From positions 1-26,738 of the forward strand of contig CAYXES010000003.1 in NCBI GenBank assembly GCA_964464075.1: a stretch of 26,738 nt of DNA, given 5' to 3'. The notes beneath the pieces are model-generated. The model made no database searches. It was given only the letters and a program-made list of their open reading frames with translations, and was not told the origin of the DNA. The position numbers and the translations under genes are program-made. Of the stretch, positions 26,614 through 26,738 are shown one piece after another (positions within the stretch are counted from its first letter, which is position 1; every line of letters begins with the position of its first letter). Source of the stretch: an uncultured Erysipelothrix sp. (GTDB lineage Bacteria; Bacillota_I; Bacilli_A; Erysipelotrichales; Erysipelotrichaceae).

Positions 26614-26642
26614 AATATAACACTAGAACCTCCAAGATGCAA
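26614..26642 (-). promoter_or_regulatory. HD gene promoter
   Basis: TTGCAT, 17 nt, TGn-TATATT on the minus strand. Confidence 0.55.
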
Positions 26643-26706
26643 GCATTTCAATTCGATTTCATATTTGATATATTCATAGTAGAACCATTGAAAGGAAGTA
26701 AACATA

Positions 26707-26738
26707 ATGTTTGAAGCTATTTCTAAGATAAAATCAAC
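26707..26738 (+). CDS. possible 5' start of a gene truncated by the window edge (MFEAISKIKS...)
   Basis: SD-like AAAGGAAG (26691-26698) 8 nt before ATG; open to the edge; too short to identify. Confidence 0.35.
   Translation, partial: MFEAISKIKS

Noticed and set aside
26568-26738. Minus-strand frame open from the window edge for about 57 codons
   Set aside because: No recognisable motif; it spans a good promoter for the HD gene and a possible plus-strand gene start, so it is likely chance. The upstream sequence is needed to exclude it fully

Overview
Low-GC Firmicute (Bacillota) chromosomal window, plausibly Erysipelotrichaceae-like (inference from gene content, strong SD sites and sigma-A promoters). 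Left to right it holds: a DUF4332-type gene, cutC, lplA and a complete pdhABCD operon (E2 with two lipoyl domains); a macrodomain gene; a methyltransferase / response regulator / histidine kinase / ABC exporter module; an AhpD/CMD gene; a Gfo/Idh/MocA oxidoreductase plus a ceramidase-like amidohydrolase; and a split GalNAc/galactosamine (aga) locus with PTS IIB-IIC-IID, an AraC regulator and agaS-IIA-yajC-like-agaZ. It ends with a membrane protein, a cyclase, tRNA-Leu(CAA), tRNA-Ser(GGA), a GNAT, thpR and an HD protein. I saw no integrase, transposase, CRISPR array or rRNA. The best candidate for an undescribed system is the aga locus. It lacks the deacetylase, kinase and aldolase within this window, but contains a stand-alone AgaZ (possible tagatose-6P 4-epimerase shortcut), an embedded YajC paralog, an atypical long AraC with a structured leader, and an adjacent catalytically intact ceramidase-fold amidohydrolase. 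Other signals are two pairs of shared promoter motifs and a cryptic inverted tRNA-Ser-like fragment between the two tRNAs. All product calls come from motif recognition, not database searches.
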